Positions 51,901 through 62,839 of a DNA stretch of 64,000 bases are shown here, piece by piece. A program made the position numbers and the translations under genes. Position 1 is the stretch's first letter, and each line of letters starts with the position of its first letter. This DNA is from Felis catus (Eukaryota), in contig NC_058368.1 of NCBI RefSeq assembly GCF_018350175.1, forward strand, positions 83,206,001 through 83,270,000, read 5' to 3'. The notes below the pieces were generated by a model. That model saw only the letters and a program-made list of their open reading frames with translations, was not told where the DNA came from and ran no database searches.

Positions 51901-54400
51901 GGAACATATAAAAATTCTCAACAAGATACTAGCAAATCTAAGTCAATAGCATATAAAAAGAATTATTCACCATGATCAACTGGGATTAATTCCTGGGCTG
52001 CAGGGCTGGTTCAATATTCACAAATTAATCAATGTGATACATCACATTAATAAAAGAAAGGAAAAGAACCATATGATCCTGTCAATAGATGCAGAAAAAG
52101 CATTTGACAAAATACAGCATCCTTTCTTATAAAAACCCTCAAGAAAGTTGGGATAGAAGGAACACGCCTTAACATCATAAAATCCATACATAAAAAGCCC
52201 CTAGCTAATATCATCCTCAATCGGGAAAAACTGAGAGCTTTCCCGCTGAGATCAGGAAAATGACAGGGATGTCCAGTCTCACCATGGTTGTTTAAAATAG
52301 TGTTGAAAGGCCTACCATCAGCAATCAGACAACAACATGAAATGAAAGGCATACAAACTGGTGAAGAAGTCAAACTTTCACTTTTCACAGATGATATGAT
52401 ACTCTACATGGAAAACCCAAAAGCCTCCACCAAAGAGCTGCTAGAACTTATAAATAAACTCAGCAAAGTTGCAGGATACAAAATCAATATGCAGGAATCA
52501 ATTACATTTCTATAAACCAATAATGAAGCAACAGAAAGAGAATCAAGAAATGAATCCCATGTACAATTGCAACAAGAAACATAAAATACCTAGGACTAAA
52601 CCTAATCAAAGATATAAAAGATCTGTATGCTGAAAGCTATATAAAGCTTATGAAGGAAATTGAAAAAGACACAAAGAAATGGAAAAACATTTCATGCTCA
52701 TGAACCAGAAGAATATATCTTGTTAAATGGCAATATTACTCAAAGCAGTGTACACATTCAATTCAATCCCAATCAAAATTGCACCAGCATTCTTCTCAAA
52801 GCTACAACAAACAATCCTAAAATTTGTATAGACCCCGAATAGACAAATTAATGCTGAAAAAGAAAACCAAGCAGGAGGCATGACAATCCGTTAGCTTGTA
52901 TTACAAAGCTGTAATCATGAATATAATGTGGTATTGGCACAAAAACAGACACAAAGACAAATGGAATAGAATAGAGAACCCACAAATGTATGGGCAACTA
53001 CTCTTTGAGAAAGCAGGAAAGAGTATACAATGGAAAGGATACAGTATCTTTAGCTAATGGTGCTGGGATAAATGGACAGAAACATGCAGAAGAATGAAAC
53101 TAGAGCATTCTCTTACACCATACACAAAAATAAACTCAAAATGGATGAAGGACCTAAATGTGAGACAGGAAGCCATCAAAACCCTAGAGGATAAAGTAGT
53201 CAACAACCTCCTTCACTTCAGCCACAGCAATGTCTTGTTCAACACGTCTCCAAAAGCAAGGAATTAAAAGGAAAAATGAACTATAGGTATATGATCAAGA
53301 TAAAAGGCTTCTGCACTGCAAAGGAAACAATCAACCAAACTATAAGACAACTGAAGGAATGGAAAAAGATATTCATAAATAATATATCGGATAAAGGGTT
53401 AATATCCAAAATCTATAAAGAACTTACCAAACTCAGCATCTGAAAAACAAAAACTCCAGTGAAGAAATGGGCAGAAGACATAAATAGACACGTTTCCAAA
53501 AAAGACATCCAGATGGCCAACAGACACATGAAAAGATGTTCAGCATCATTTAACATCAGGGAAATACAAATCAAAACCATACTGAGACACCATCTCATGC
53601 CAGTCAGAGTGGCAAAATGAAGAACTCAGGCAACAACAGATGCTGGTGAGAATGTGGAGAAACAGGAACCCTCTTGCACTGCTGGTGGGAATGAAAACTG
53701 GTACAGCCACTCTGGAAAACAGTGTGGAGGTTCCTCAAAAAATTAAAAATACAACTGCATTATGATGCAGAGATAGCATTACTGGTAATTTTTCTAAAGG
53801 ATACAGGAGTACTGATTCATAGGGGTACATGTACCCAAATGTTTATAGCAGCACTTTCAACAATAGCCAGATTATGGAAAGAGCCTAAATTTCCATCAAC
53901 TAATGAGTGGATGAAGAATATGTGGTTTATATATACAATGTAATGCTACTTGGCAATGAGAAAGAATGAAATCTTGCCATTTTTAGAAACCTAGATGGAA
54001 CTGGAGGGTATTACGCTAAGTGAAATAAGTCAGTCAGATATCATTTTTTTTACTCATATGTGGAAGCTGAGAAACTTAACAGAAGAACAGGGGGGAAGGG
54101 AAGGGGAAAAATAGTTACAACAGAGAGGGAGGATGGCAAACCACAAGAGTCTCTTGACTACAGAAAACAAACTGAGGGTGAATGGGAGGGATGGGGGAGA
54201 GGGGAAAATGAGTGAGGGGAATTGAGGAGGGCACTTGTTGGGATGAGCACTGGGTATTGTACATAAGCAATGAATCATGGGAATCTGCCCCTAAAGCCAA
54301 GAGCACAGTGTATACACTGTATGTTAGCCTACTTGACAAAATATATTTTAAAAATAAATAAATAAAATAAAATATATTTATCAAAATAAATAAAAATTAA
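47850..54400 (+). mobile_element. Near full-length older carnivore/felid LINE-1, degenerate
   Basis: 5'UTR similar to that of 14324-21441. ORF1 ~49435-50250, ORF2 ~50275-54065 (FTDD at the RT motif), 3'UTR and long A-rich tail. TSD not clearly resolved. Confidence 0.92.
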
Positions 54401-54560
54401 AAAAGATAGACTGTAAACTAGGCTATCACACAGGCCTCTGATCTAGTTAAAATTACAGAAATAATACAAGAATGTTTTTTGATTAGAATGGAATTAAATA
54501 AAAACCAATGACATACGAACTGGGAAACTGACTAATAGGTAGAAATTAAACAACCCAAAT

Positions 54561-54761
54561 TTTTTAGTGTATTTATTTATTTTGAGAGAGAGAGTATATG
54601 TGAGCAGGGGGAGGGGCATAGAGAGGAGAGAAAGAATCCCAAGCAGACTCTGCACTGTCAGTTCAGAGATGACACAGGCTTGATCCCATGAACCATGAGA
54701 TTGTGACCTGAGGTGAAACCAAAAGTAGGACCCTTAACTGACTGAACCATCCAGGCACCCT
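54561..54761 (-). mobile_element. CAN-SINE, older
   Basis: TSD taaacaacccaaat / taaactacccaatt. Confidence 0.9.
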
Positions 54762-55239
54762 ATAAACTACCCAATTCTTAATAATAAAGGTGTCAAAAGA
54801 TAAAGAAAGGAAATTAAAGATAATTTTATATGAATGACTATGAAAGCTCAACATATCAAGACATATAGTGTGCAGCTAAAGTAGTTCTTGAAGGGAAATT
54901 TATAGCTATTGATGACTGTGCTAAAGAGGAAGAAATATCTGAATCAATAACCAATACTTTAATCTTAAAACAATAAAAAGAAAATAATGTCAAACTTAAG
55001 CTAAAGCAATCAGAAGAAAGGAAATAATAACAAAGTGGAAAACAATGCAATAGAGATTCAAAAATGATAAAGTCAAGGAAACCAAAACTGTGAATTTGAA
55101 AAGATCAACAAAAATTTACTAACTTTTCACTAGATTTACCAAAAACTAAAATAGAAAGGGAAATCCAAATCTCAAAGTACTAGTCACAAATGAATAATAG
55201 GGCCTTGCTACTCATTTTTCATACATAAAATTTATTATT

Positions 55240-55430
55240 TACATTTCATTTATTTTTGAGAGACAGAGAGAGACAGAGCACGAGTGGGGCAGGAGCAGAT
55301 TGAGAAGGAGACACAGATTCTGAAGCAGACTCTGAACAGTCAGATCAGAGCCCGACATGGGGCACAAACCCACAAGCCATGACCTGAGCTGAAGTCGGAC
55401 TCTCAACTGACTGAGCCACCCAGGTGCCCT
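55240..55430 (-). mobile_element. CAN-SINE
   Basis: TSD acataaaatttattatt / acgtaaaaattattatt. Confidence 0.9.
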
Positions 55431-56269
55431 GACGTAAAAATTATTATTAAAGAAAATTTTAAGCAATTAAATTGCAATAAGCTATATCACTTAAATAAAC
55501 AAATTCCAAGGAAGATAAAAACAACCATAACTTGTTGGTGAAGGTATAGAAAATCTGAACAGATATATAACAAATAAAGTGAATTTATAACAAAATAAAC
55601 ACAAAGAGAAACCCAAAAGTCAGATGGTGTCATTACAAATTTTGACCAAATGTCCAAAGTAAAATTAAAACTGATTTTCACAACTCAACCAAGAGCTGGA
55701 ATAGGAGTAAAGACTTCTTACCTCGTTCTGCAACACCAATATTTCACTGATATCAAAATAATACAAAGACATCACAAGAAGAGTACGGATTGATACCTCT
55801 TATGAATGCCAACTTACAACATCATTAACAAAATACTAGAAAACCAATCCAACAACATATAAAAAATTCTATATCAGAAACCACATGGAATTTATCCCAA
55901 GATTTCAAGGTTGGTTAACATCTTTAAATAAACTGATATTGATCAATCATATTAATAAACTGATGAAAACATATAATCAACTCATCAGATGCAGAAAAAT
56001 AAACCTAACTCTAAAATGAGCCCTAGATCGGGGAAAGTGGTTTTCTGAACACACAATAAGAAAAGCTAAGAAGCAGCCCATTTATACTGGAGATGACACC
56101 AAACATTTAAGAACTGGCATATTTCTGAAAAAAGAGTATAAAGACAGAGATAAAAACAGAGGTAAAAGTTAAATGTTTATTTAATACTATTAAGAGCCCC
56201 AAATAAACTCAAATCAGCTCAGTAGATGGTTACCTTGTATATTCCTAACCCAACAGATGTCTGGGGACT

Positions 56270-56730
56270 TCTTCTGAGGAGAAGTCTCTGAACTGAAAGA
56301 TTCTGGGCACACACCCTAATTCAAAATCTAAATTTAGCTCCCATCTCTAAACTATCCCAACCACAACCCCTAAACACTAACCACTAACTTCTAAAACTAA
56401 CCCTAAGCCTAATCTTGTCCCTAAATTTAACCTATGAAGTGGTCTCTGAACTGATGAACATGAGGCACATAACCTCACCCTAACCCTAAACCTAGCTCTA
56501 AAACTAATCTTAACACAAACACTAGCCCTAACCCTTAACCACTAAGAACTGACCCATAACCCTAAGCATAACAATAACACTAAAACCAAAGTTATTCCTC
56601 TGGAGAGGCCTCTGAACTACATGAAAATAGACACATACCCTCATACTGTCCCTAACCCTAACCTTAACCCTAATCCTAACTATTTTCGACTTAAACAAAA
56701 CCCTAATTCTAGATCCAAGGAAACAAATAT
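56270..56730 (+). repeat. Three diverged ~160-bp units, each a ctctgaact-containing header followed by degenerate telomere-like (TAACCC) hexamers
   Basis: ctctgaact at 56286, 56444 and 56610 (spacing 158 and 166), each followed by cacac/cacat...ccct. Runs such as ccctaaccctaaacct and cctaaccctaaccttaaccctaatcctaac. Confidence 0.75.
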
Positions 56731-56738
56731 TTGGATCC

Positions 56739-56739
<1 letters not shown>

Positions 56740-56812
<73 letters not shown>
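56740..56812 (+). repeat. Compound (CT)n(CA)n microsatellite
   Basis: Directly visible. Confidence 0.95.
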
Positions 56813-56813
<1 letters not shown>

Positions 56814-57208
56814 GGAATATTACTCAGCCACGAAGAGGAATACAATCTTGCCATTTGCAATGACATGGATGGAGCTAGAGTGTATTATGCTAAGTAAAAT
56901 AAGTCCATCAAAGAAAGAAAAATACCATATAATTTCACTCATGTGTAATTTAATAAACAAAACAGTTGAGCAAATGGAAAATAGAAACAGACAAATCAAG
57001 AAACAGGCTCTTAACTACACAGAACACACTGATGTTACCAAAGGGGAGATGGGAAGGAGTATATTCTAAATAAATGATGGTGATTAAGCACAGCACTTGT
57101 GATGAGCACTGAGTGTTTCATGGAAGTGTTGAATCACTATTTTGTACACCAGAATCTAATTTTACACTAAAATTAATCAGCTTGAAATAAAAATTTAAGA
57201 AAAAGAAA
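56813..57208 (+). mobile_element. Carnivore L1 3' end (ORF2 C-terminus, 3'UTR, A tail)
   Basis: EYYSATKRNTILPFAMTWMELECIMLSKIS, then cacttgtgatgagcactgagtg 3'UTR and an A-rich tail. Confidence 0.9.
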
Positions 57209-57386
57209 AAAAATAACTTGACAAAACCCAACACACTTCCATGATAAAAAAAAAACTCAGAAAAACTTGGAATATAAAAAAAATTTATCTCAATTTGGGT
57301 TTTTCATATACAGCCTTATGATTTTGAGGAATGTTCCTTCTATTCCTACTTTTTTGAGAGTTTTATCAAGAAAAGATGGTGTATTT

Positions 57387-57609
57387 GGGGGCATCTGGGT
57401 GGCTCAGTTGGTTAAGCGTCTGACTGTGGCTCAGGTCACGATCTCGCAGTTTGTGAATTTGAGCTCCATGTCGGGCTCTGTGCTGACAGCTCAGAGCCTG
57501 GGCCTGCTTCAGATTCTGTGTCTCCCCCTCTCGCTGCCTCTCCCCTGCTCATGCTCTCTCTCTCTCTCTCTCTCTCTCTCAATAATAAATAAACGTTAAA
57601 ATTTTTTTA
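57387..57609 (+). mobile_element. CAN-SINE
   Basis: TSD aaaagat(g/a)gtgtattt at 57371-57386 and 57610-57625. Confidence 0.95.
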
Positions 57610-58229
57610 AAAAGATAGTGTATTTTGTCAAATGCTTATTCTGCATCTATTGAGAGTATCATATGGTTCTTACCCTCCTCTTATTAAAGTGGTGTATCAC
57701 ATTTATTGATTTGCAGATACTGAACCAGCCTTGAAGCCCAGGAATAAATGTCTCTTGATCATGGTGAATAATTTTAAATGTATTGCTGGATTCAATTTGG
57801 TTGAGAATTTTTGCCTTCAGTTTCATCAGGGATAGTGACCTTTAATTCTGGTTCTGGAATCATAGTAACGCTGACTTCATAGAATAAGTTTTGAAGCTTT
57901 TTTTTTCCTTTTCTATTTTTTGGAACAGTTTGAAAAGAATAGGTATTAACTCTTATTTATATGTTTGATAGAATTTCACTGGGAAACCATATGGCCCAGG
58001 ACTCTGGTTTGTTGGGAGATTTTTATAACTGATTGAATTTATATACTGGTTATGGACCTGTTCAAATTTTCTGTGTTTTTTTTTTCAGTTTCAATATTGT
58101 TAGTTTGTGAGTTTCTAGGAATTTTTCCATTTCTAAAAGATTGCCCAGTTTGTTAGCACATAATTTTTTATAGTATTCTCTTATAATTGTTTGTATTTCT
58201 GTGGTGTTGGTTATGATCTCTCTTCTTTC

Positions 58230-58444
58230 TTTTTTTTTTTAACGTTTATTTTATTTTTGAGACAGAGAGAGACAGGGCATGAACGGGGGAGGGGCAGAGA
58301 GAGAGGGAGACACAGAATCGGAAGCAGGCTCCATGCTCTGAGCCATCAGCCCAGAGCCTGACGAGGGGCTCGAACTCACGGACTGTGAGATCGTGACCTG
58401 AGCTGAAGTCGAACGCTTAACCGACTGAGCCACCCAGGCACCCC
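58230..58444 (-). mobile_element. CAN-SINE (SINEC_Fc-like)
   Basis: TSD atgatctc(tc)ttctttc on both sides. Confidence 0.95.
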
Positions 58445-59736
58445 ATGATCTCTTCTTTCATTCATGAATTTATATGGGTCCTCTCTGTTTTCTTTTTGAT
58501 AATTCTGGCTAAAGATATATCATTTTTTTTATTCTTTCAAGAAAAAAAAACAGCTTTTAGTTTCATTGATCTATTCCACTGTTGTTTTTGTTTCCATGTT
58601 ATTTATTTCTGTTATAATCTTTATTATTTCCCTTCTTTTGGTGATTCTAGGCTTTATTTGCTGGTCCTTTTCTAGTTATTTTCAGTGTAAGGTTAGCTTG
58701 TATATTAGGGACCTTTCTTGCTTCCTGAGATAGGCTGGAATTGCAAAGTACTTTCCTCTTTGGAATGCCTTTGCTGCATCCCAAAATGTTTGGATTCTTC
58801 TGTTTTCATTTTCATTTGCTGCCATTTATTTATTTTTCTTTTATTTCTTCTTCAATTTCCTGGCTAACTCATTCACCTTGGTAGGATATTCTTTAACCTC
58901 CATTTATTTGAGGGCTTTCCAAATTTTTTCTTGTTGCTGAGTTCAAGTTTCATAGCTTTGTGCTCTGAATATATGCATTGTAAGATCTTGATCTTTTTTA
59001 TCTGTTGAAAGCTTTTTTGTGACCCAGTATGTGATCTATTCTGGAGAATATTTCATGTGAACTCAAGAAGAATGTGTATTCTGCTGCATTAGAATGAGAT
59101 TTTCTGAATGTATCTGTTAAGTCCATCTGGTCCAGTGTCATTCAAAGCCATTGTTTCCTTGGTGACTTTTCACTTAAATATCTTGTCCATTGCTGTGAGT
59201 CTCCTGCTATAATATATTAAAGTCTCCTGCTATAATGGTATTATTATTATCAGTGAGTTTATTTATGTTTGTGATTAATTGATTTATGTAATCAGGTTCA
59301 CCAAGTTAGGGGCATAAATATTTACCATTGAAGATCTTCTTGATGGATAAGCCCCTTAATTAGACATCTCTTCATCTCTTCATCTCTTATTACAGTCTTT
59401 GCTTTAAAATCTAGTTTATCTAATGTAATTATGGATAATCCAGCTTTCTTTTGATGTCAATTAGTATGATAGATGGTTCTCTATCACCTCACAATCTGAA
59501 GGTGTCTTTAGGTCTAAAATGAGTCTCTTGTAGGATGCATACAGATAGATCTTGTTTTTTATCCATTCTGCTACCCTACGTTTCTTTTTCTTTTTCTTTT
59601 TTTTTTGATTGGAGCTTTTTGTCCACTTACATTCAGCGTGATTATTGAAAGACATGAATTTACTGCCATTGTGTTACCTATAGAGTTGTTGTTTCTGGTA
59701 ATGTTCTCTGGTCATTTATAGTCTTTGTTGCTTTGG

Positions 59737-59815
59737 TCTTCTTCTTCTTCCTCCTCCTCCTCCTCCGCCTCCCCCTTTTCTTCTTCTTCTTCTTCTTCTT
59801 CTTCTCCTCCTCCTC
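59737..59815 (+). repeat. (CTT)n/(CCT)n pyrimidine microsatellite in an L1 inter-ORF region
   Basis: Directly visible. Confidence 0.9.
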
Positions 59816-60660
59816 TACACTCAACATTTATTTCTGAGCTGGTTTAGTTTTTCATAAACTCCTTTAGTTTTTGCCCATCTGGAAAACTCTTTAAATCCTC
59901 TTCTATTCTGATTGATAGCATTGCTGGATAAAGGATTCTTCACTGCATATTTTTTTTCCTATTCAACACATTGAATATATCTTGCCTTTCCCTTCTGGCC
60001 TGGCAAGTTTCTGTGGACAGTTCTGCTACAACTTTATGTGTCTACCTTTGTAGGTTAACGACCTTTTGTCTCAATCTGGTAATGGGCATCTATGGAATTC
60101 CAGAACTAACCTTTCACTTAATGGTGAAATTTTACATCCTATGATAATAAATCAAAGATGTACACTATTAACATTTTTATTCAACATTACATGGAAAACT
60201 CTAGTCAGAAGAGTCATGATAAATAAATAAAAGACCTCAATATTGGAAAAAGTAATTAGTTATTTCTGGTCACAGGTGACATTACCTTGTATATGGGAAT
60301 ACATAGAACACACAATAAAAACTATTGAAACTAACAAATTAGTTCATCCAGACTTTAGCTTACATAATCAATATATAAAAATAATCTTACTTCTATATAT
60401 TGCAATAAAATGGGAAAAAATAAGAAAATAATTTCACTTACAATAGAATAAAAAAAGAATAAAATATTTAGGGAGCTTTGGAAACTAAGTAAACATTTTC
60501 AAAACTCAGTGCAACCCATATCCAAGCTCACAATTTTGAGAAGACAGGCATGTGCTCAAGTGAATTCTCACTGACTTGTTCTAGACTACAGACTCACAAG
60601 GATATAGGCCTATAGGCTGTGTTGTGGACCCTAACACAACCCTCTGGCCATGGTTTTTCT

Positions 60661-62839
60661 TTTTTTTTTTCTTTTTTTTTATATATGAAATTTATTGACA
60701 AATTGGTTTCCATACAACACCCAGTGCTCATCCCAAAAGGTGCCCTCCTCAATACCCACCACCCACCCTCTCCTCCCTCCCACCCCCCATCAACCCTCAG
60801 TTTGTTCTCAGTTTTTAACAGTCTCTTATGCTTTGGCTCTCTCCCACTCTAACCTCTTTTTTTTTTTCTTCCCCTCCCCCATGGGTTCCTGTTAAGTTTC
60901 TCAGGATCCACATAAGAGTGAAACCATATGGTATCTGTCTTTCTCTGTATGGCTTATTTCACTTAGCATCACACTCTCCAGTTCCATCCACGTGGCTACA
61001 AAAGGCCATATTTCATTTTTTCTCATTGCCACATAGTATTCCATTGTGTATATAAACCACAATTTCTTTATCCATTCATCAGTTGATGGACATTTAAGCT
61101 CTTTCCATAATTTGGCTATTGTTGAGAGTGCTGCTATGAACATTGGGGTACAAGTGGCCCTATGCATCAGTACTCCTGTATCCCTTGGATAAATTCCTAG
61201 CAGTGCTATTGCTGGGTCATAGGGTAGGTCTATTTTTAATTTTTGGAGGAACCTCCACACTGCTTTCCAGAGCGGCTGCACCAATTTGCATTCCCACCAA
61301 CAGTGCAAGAGGGTTCCCGTTTCTCCACATCATAAAAGCCATGTATGAAAAGCCCACAGCTAATATCATCCTCAATGGGGAAAAACTGAGAGCTTTTTCC
61401 CTGAGATCAGGAACACAACAGGGATGCCCAATCTCACCGCTGTTGTTTAACATAGTGCTGGAAGTTCCAGCATCAGCAATCAGACAACAAAAGGAAATCA
61501 AAAGCATCAAAATTGGCAAAGATGAAGTCAAGCTTTCGCTTTTTGCAGATGACATGATATTATACATGGAAAATCCGATAGACTCCACCAAAATTCTGCT
61601 AGAACTGATACAGGAATTCAGCAAAGTTGCAGGATACAAAATCAATGTACAGAAATCAGTTGCATTCTTATACACTAACAATGAAGCAACAGAAAGACAA
61701 ATAAAGAAACTGATCCCATTCACATTTGCACCAAGAAGCATAAAATACCTAGGAATAAATCTAACCAAAGATGTAAAGGATCCGTATGCTGAAAACTATA
61801 GAAAGCTTATGAAGGAAATTGAAGAAGATTTAAAGAAATGGAAAGACATTCCCTGCTCATGGATTGGAAAAATAAATATTGTCAAAATGTCAATACTACC
61901 CAAAGCTATCTACACATTCAATGCAATCCCAATCACAATTGCACCAGCATTCTTCTGGAAACTAGAACAAGCAATCCTAAAATTCATATGGAACCACAAA
62001 AGGCCCCGAAGAGCCAAAGGAATTTTGAAGAAGAAGACCAAAGCAGGAGGCATCACAATCCCAGACTTTAGCCTCTACTACAAAGCTGTCGTCATCAAGA
62101 CAGCATGGTATTGGCACAAAAACAGACACATAGACCAATGGAATAGAATAGAAACCCTAGAACTAGACCCACAAACGTATGGCCAACTAATCTTTGACAA
62201 AGCAGAAAAGAACATCCAACGGAAAAAAGACAGCCTCTTTAACAAATGGTGCTGGGAGAACTGGACAGCAACTTGCAGAAGGTTGAAACTAGACGACTTT
62301 CTCACACCATTCACAAAAATAAACTCAAAATGGATAAAGGACCTGAATGTGAGACAGGAAACCATCAAAACCTTAGAGGAGAAAGCAGGAAAAGACCTCT
62401 CTGACCTCAGCCGTAGCAATCTCTTACTCGACACATCCCCAAAGGCAAGGGAATTAAAAGCAAAAGTGAATTACTGGGACCTTATGAAGATAAAAAGCTT
62501 CTGCACAGCAAAGGAAACAACCAACAAAACTAAAAGGCAACCAATGGAATGGGAAAAGATATTCGCAAATGACATATCGGACAAAGGGCTAGTATCCAAA
62601 ATCTATAAAGAGCTCACCAAACTCCACACCCGAAAAACAAATAACCCAGTGAAGAAATGGGCAGAAAACATGAATAGACACTTCTCTAAAGAAGACATCT
62701 GGATGGCCAACAAGCACATGAAAAGATGTTCAGCGTCGGTCCTTATCAGGGAAATACAAATCAAAACCACACTCAGGTATCACCTCACGCCAGTCAGAGT
62801 GGCCAAAATGAACAAATCAGGGGACTGTAGATGCTGGAG
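60661..62839 (-). mobile_element. Young 5'-truncated, 5'-inverted felid L1 (twin priming)
   Basis: Poly(T) and minus-strand 3' end at 60661-61331, plus-strand ORF2 segment at 61327-62839. Perfect 16-bp TSD tggccatggtttttct at 60645-60660 and 62840-62855. Confidence 0.97.
61327..62839 (+). pseudogene. Uninterrupted L1 ORF2 fragment (C-terminal half of RT with FADD, plus downstream region)
   Basis: Open frame [20 protein letters not shown]...FADD...[14 protein letters not shown], within the 576-aa ORF 61143-62873. Confidence 0.9.

Larger units (their letters stand above)
57299..60064 (-). mobile_element. Internal LINE-1 fragment (ORF1 3' part to mid-RT), no 3'UTR or poly(A)
   Basis: Minus-strand L1 ORF1 end, EN, Z and RT start. 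Flanked by tttatctcaatttgg (57284-57298) and tttgtctcaatctgg (60065-60079). Confidence 0.85.
44200..60470 (+). mobile_element. Second old host LINE-1 (5' region, ORF1 end, long inter-ORF, ORF2), fragmented by many insertions
   Basis: Collinear ORF2 pieces at ~46000-46228, 47021-47660, 54405-56002, 57209-57298 and 60065-60470. The 44200-46000 part is assigned with less certainty. Confidence 0.7.

Noticed and set aside
56270..56730. True telomere, chromosome fusion site or CRISPR-like array
   Set aside because: The hexamers are degenerate and in one orientation with no head-to-head arrays. The units are diverged, there are no constant repeats with unique spacers, and the DNA is mammalian.
56528..57069. 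ORFs with NPNLNPNP, SLSLSL and ERERER repeats
   Set aside because: These are translations of the TAACCC-like and dinucleotide repeats fused to an L1 ORF2 end.
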